Shown piece after piece: positions 8,509 to 11,920 of a stretch of 11,920 bases of DNA. Below the pieces are notes generated by a model. That model saw only the letters and a program-made list of their open reading frames with translations, ran no database searches and was not told the origin of the DNA. The translations under genes and the position numbers were made by a program. How positions within the stretch are numbered: position 1 is the first letter of the stretch; every line of letters starts with the position of its first letter. This DNA is from Octopus sinensis (Eukaryota), in contig NW_021826878.1 of the NCBI RefSeq assembly GCF_006345805.1, positions 1 through 11,920 of the forward strand, given 5' to 3'.

Positions 8509-9007
8509 ACAAAGAATAGCAAATCATGAAAGTTCATTTAGATATAGACAACTACTATGACTAAACCAACCGGAAGTCTGAATGTTCAATTTCTTCGGTT
8601 TTCTTCTTATTATTATTGTGATTTTACACTTTAAGCAGCCAGGAAATAAACCGTAACATTGGATGGTAGTTTTTAGGAATACTTCTTAAAATGGACCATC
8701 GGAAGAAACCGGCACTTTATATAGAGTAACGCGTTATCTGCCTGGATATTAATATCCCTCCGCTTACTATCTATATATCTCTTTTTCTATATGTATAGTA
8801 CATTCACGTACACTTAAAGGGTCCTATAGGCATATATAGTTACATACGCATTTATGTGTGTATGCATGTTTAAATATATGTATGTACATATATGCATATA
8901 TACATGTCAGTCTGTGTGCATGTACTTATATGTATGTATATATATATATATATATATATATGTTTGTGAAAATGTATATATAGCACTCTCTCTGTTTCTC
9001 ACTCTAT
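8508..9007 (+). repeat. Direct duplication, copy A (copy B at 11359-11846)
   Basis: About 500 bp, roughly 95% identical by eye, with several 1-bp indels. Confidence 0.93.
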
Positions 9008-9019
9008 ATGTAGATAGGT

Positions 9020-9309
9020 TTAAGAGACAGAATCCTCCTCAAGAGACAGAATCATCCCCAAGCAACTCAATCATCAATGAATGACATTATCCACAATAGG
9101 TACATATAGGACTAAATAACAAAATTATTAAAATTAATACTTATAATTCTTATTCCTAATTATCAAAAGTAATATTAATTTTGATAATTTGGAATAAAGA
9201 ATTGTAGGTATTAATTTTGATAATTTTAATATTTATTCCTATATGTACCTATTGTGGATAATGTCATTCAATGATGATTGAGCTGCTTGAGGGTGATTCT
9301 GTCTCTTAA
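9020..9309. mobile_element. 282-bp palindromic foldback/MITE flanked by TTAA
   Basis: TTAA|GAGACAGAATC...GATTCTGTCTC|TTAA. The arms pair almost to the centre (TAATATTA near 9170); short tandem duplication at the left end. Confidence 0.75.
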
Positions 9310-9483
<174 letters not shown>

Positions 9484-9783
9484 ATATGTATATATATGTA
9501 TATATATGTATATATATGTATATATATGTATATAATGGTATATATATATATGTTATATATGTATATATATTATGTATATGTATATATATATGTATACATA
9601 TATATGTTTATATATTATATATATATATATTGTATATAATATGTATATATACTGTATATAATATGTATATATATATGTATATATATATATGTATATATAT
9701 GTAAATTATATGTGTGTTTAATATATATTATATATATATGTTGTGTATATATATATGTATATATATGTGTGTATATATATATG

Positions 9784-9814
<31 letters not shown>

Positions 9815-9924
9815 GTATATATATATATGTATATATATATATATGTATATATATATATGTATATTATATATATATATATGTATATATATATATAGTATAT
9901 ATATATATGTAATATATATATATG

Positions 9925-10012
<88 letters not shown>

Positions 10013-10035
10013 TATAATATATATAATGTATGTAT
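9484..10035. repeat. Long TA-rich compound microsatellite
   Basis: Directly visible. Confidence 0.95.
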
Positions 10036-10110
10036 GCATACGTGTAGTTAATTCATACGCATTTTTTTCTCCGTTGTTTTTGTTTCTGTCCGTTTTTTCC
10101 CTTCTCAATC

Positions 10111-10146
10111 CTTTCTGTTGAAGAGCATAGGCTCGAAACGTCAAAG
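10111..10146 (+). ncRNA. Minimal type I HHR-like motif (A6U) in the PLE pLTR
   Basis: CTTT-CTGTTGA-A-GAGC(ATAG)GCTC-GAAA-CG-TC|AAAG. 4-bp stem I, ACGT stem III, GUC site after 10142. Confidence 0.7.
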
Positions 10147-10239
10147 ACTTCCCCATTCTTCCCGAGCGTCAAACCAATATACCTGCTTGTTGTTCCTTCA
10201 CATGTCTACGTCTTTCAGTTTTTGTAAAATTGAACTATA

Positions 10240-11420
10240 TATTTAAATACAGATTATTACAATTTAGGTCTAGAAAAAGCAGGGTATAGGAAAGAATTCA
10301 AATTTTGTAAAACTAATAATAGGGCGGATAATCATAATACAACACAAACTAACTCAGGAATAAACGATCATAATGGAATGGTTAATTCTGACTGCAAAAA
10401 TATAGACAACAGAGATAAAGTTAAAGAGGATAGGAAAACTGTAGATAGGGATAAGGTAATTGAATATAACAAACGTATAAATAAAAAGTATGACTATAAT
10501 AACGTGAGACGGATGCAAAACCACAAGAATAATAATCTAATGAACAATGACAAAATGCAACATTTTAATAATAGAAAGAACTATAAAAACGACTTTAACA
10601 CATGATCTAATTCAACAAATAATAATTATTATATTATTATTATTATTATAATAGGACAACCCCGCTAACCTAATACAAAATAAAGGTAAAAAGTTTACTC
10701 CAACCATAAACTTTAATTTCAATTTTAAGAAATTATGCCAAAGATATAGACTGGATGATAATCCCCTTCGCTAAACAAGTTAAATTAAAGATACCGCGAA
10801 TGTTCTACGAAGCACTAGATAAATTTTTCTGGCAACGAATAAATACCGTAATCTATCTAATAATGAAAAAAAATCAAAATTGCGTTTTTAAACGCTAGAA
10901 ACTTAGCTAAAATTATAGCCGCCCACAACAGCATACAATTTGTAAAAGCTCAAGGTGATAACATTAATAAAGTGAATAAAAATATAAACCAAATTAAAGA
11001 TAATTGTAATAATACCAACTTCAAAAACAATAATAAAATGATTAACACAAGCTCTAATGAAACCACCATTAAGAAAATAAATAAGATCAAAGGGAAACTA
11101 ACTCAATTAAATAACTCCACAGATACTATAAGTAAAAGAAAGATACACATGACGACTAGAAAGAGCAGCAACTATTTTGAAAACAATAATAATAATTATA
11201 AAGATAATAAACAAAAATGAAAAAACAAGCACAAACATTATAAAATCTAATGATGAAGACTTAGATTGCGCTAGATCACAAGGCAAATTGAAAAATAATT
11301 GTAGCAACAACAGACACAAATAAATATTACTATATATGAGCTAGTTCATCGTTTATAAAACAAAGAATAGCAAATCATGAAAGTTCATTTAGATATAGAA
11401 CAACTACTATGTCTAAACCA
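10240..11420 (+). pseudogene. PLE RT thumb/linker and GIY-YIG endonuclease remnant
   Basis: YYNLGLEKAGY (10255-10287), DWMIIPFAKQV..FYEALDKFF (10749-10829), NLAKIIAAHN (10900-10929) and YYI*ASSSFIKQRIANHESSFRY (11328-11396). These resemble the PLE motifs YxxALxxSGY, WFNPPFS..FxxLxDKHF, NMxxIIxxHN and YIG..FKxRxxNHxxSF (recalled consensus). Confidence 0.78.
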
Positions 11421-11846
11421 AGCGGAAGTCTGAATGTTCAATTTCTTCGGTTTTCTTCTTCTTATTATTGTGATTTTACACTTTAAGCAGCCAGGAAATA
11501 AACCGTAACATTGGATGGTAGTTTTTAGGAATACTTCTTAAAATGGACCATCGGAAGAAACCGGCACTTTATATAGAGTAACGCGTTATCTGCCTGGATA
11601 TTAATATCCCTCCGCTTACTATCTATATATCTCTTTTTCTATATATATAGTACATCACGTACACTTAAAGGGTCCTATAGGCATATACCGTACATACGCA
11701 TTTATGTTGTATGCATGTTAAATATATGTATGTACATATATGCATATATACATGTCAGTCTGTGTGCATGTACTTATAAGTATGTATATATATATATAAT
11801 GTTTGTGAAAATGTATATATAGCACTCTCTCTGTTTCTCACTCTAT
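11359..11846 (+). repeat. Direct duplication, copy B (copy A at 8508-9007)
   Basis: See copy A. Confidence 0.93.
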
Positions 11847-11849
11847 CCA

Positions 11850-11888
11850 CACAGACACACACAAACACACTCACAAACGCATATATAT

Positions 11889-11919
<31 letters not shown>

Positions 11920-11920
11920 G
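11850..11920. repeat. (CA)n/(TA)n microsatellite
   Basis: Directly visible. Confidence 0.9.

Larger units (their letters stand above)
10045..11420 (+). mobile_element. Truncated Penelope-like retroelement (pLTR with HHR, RT C-terminal region, GIY-YIG remnant)
   Basis: pLTR-like segment ~10045-10225 followed by PLE protein motifs in the expected order; sits next to a (TA)n tract. Confidence 0.8.

Overview
AT-rich, microsatellite-dense animal non-coding DNA with no recognisable host gene. The repeat style and one SINE-like fragment resemble octopus DNA (my recall, not a search result). 1-2870 is a decayed Ty3/Gypsy LTR retrotransposon on the minus strand (gag knuckle, PR, RT, RH, IN). 3104-3649 is a Helitron-like non-autonomous element. 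~10045-11420 is a truncated Penelope-like element (PLE) with Asn-rich linkers and a GIY-YIG remnant. The main signal is 8 type I hammerhead-ribozyme (HHR)-like motifs in 5242-10146, found by eye. They lie in small structured units next to (TA)n tracts: a 190-bp rod with a canonical core, a 355-bp-period retrozyme-like unit with a U3-A8 core, a 558-bp tandem duplication, a 220-bp inverted repeat and two PLE pLTR-like pieces. Also present are a TTAA-flanked foldback element and a ~500-bp direct duplication. All structures were paired by hand, and no folding or database search was run.
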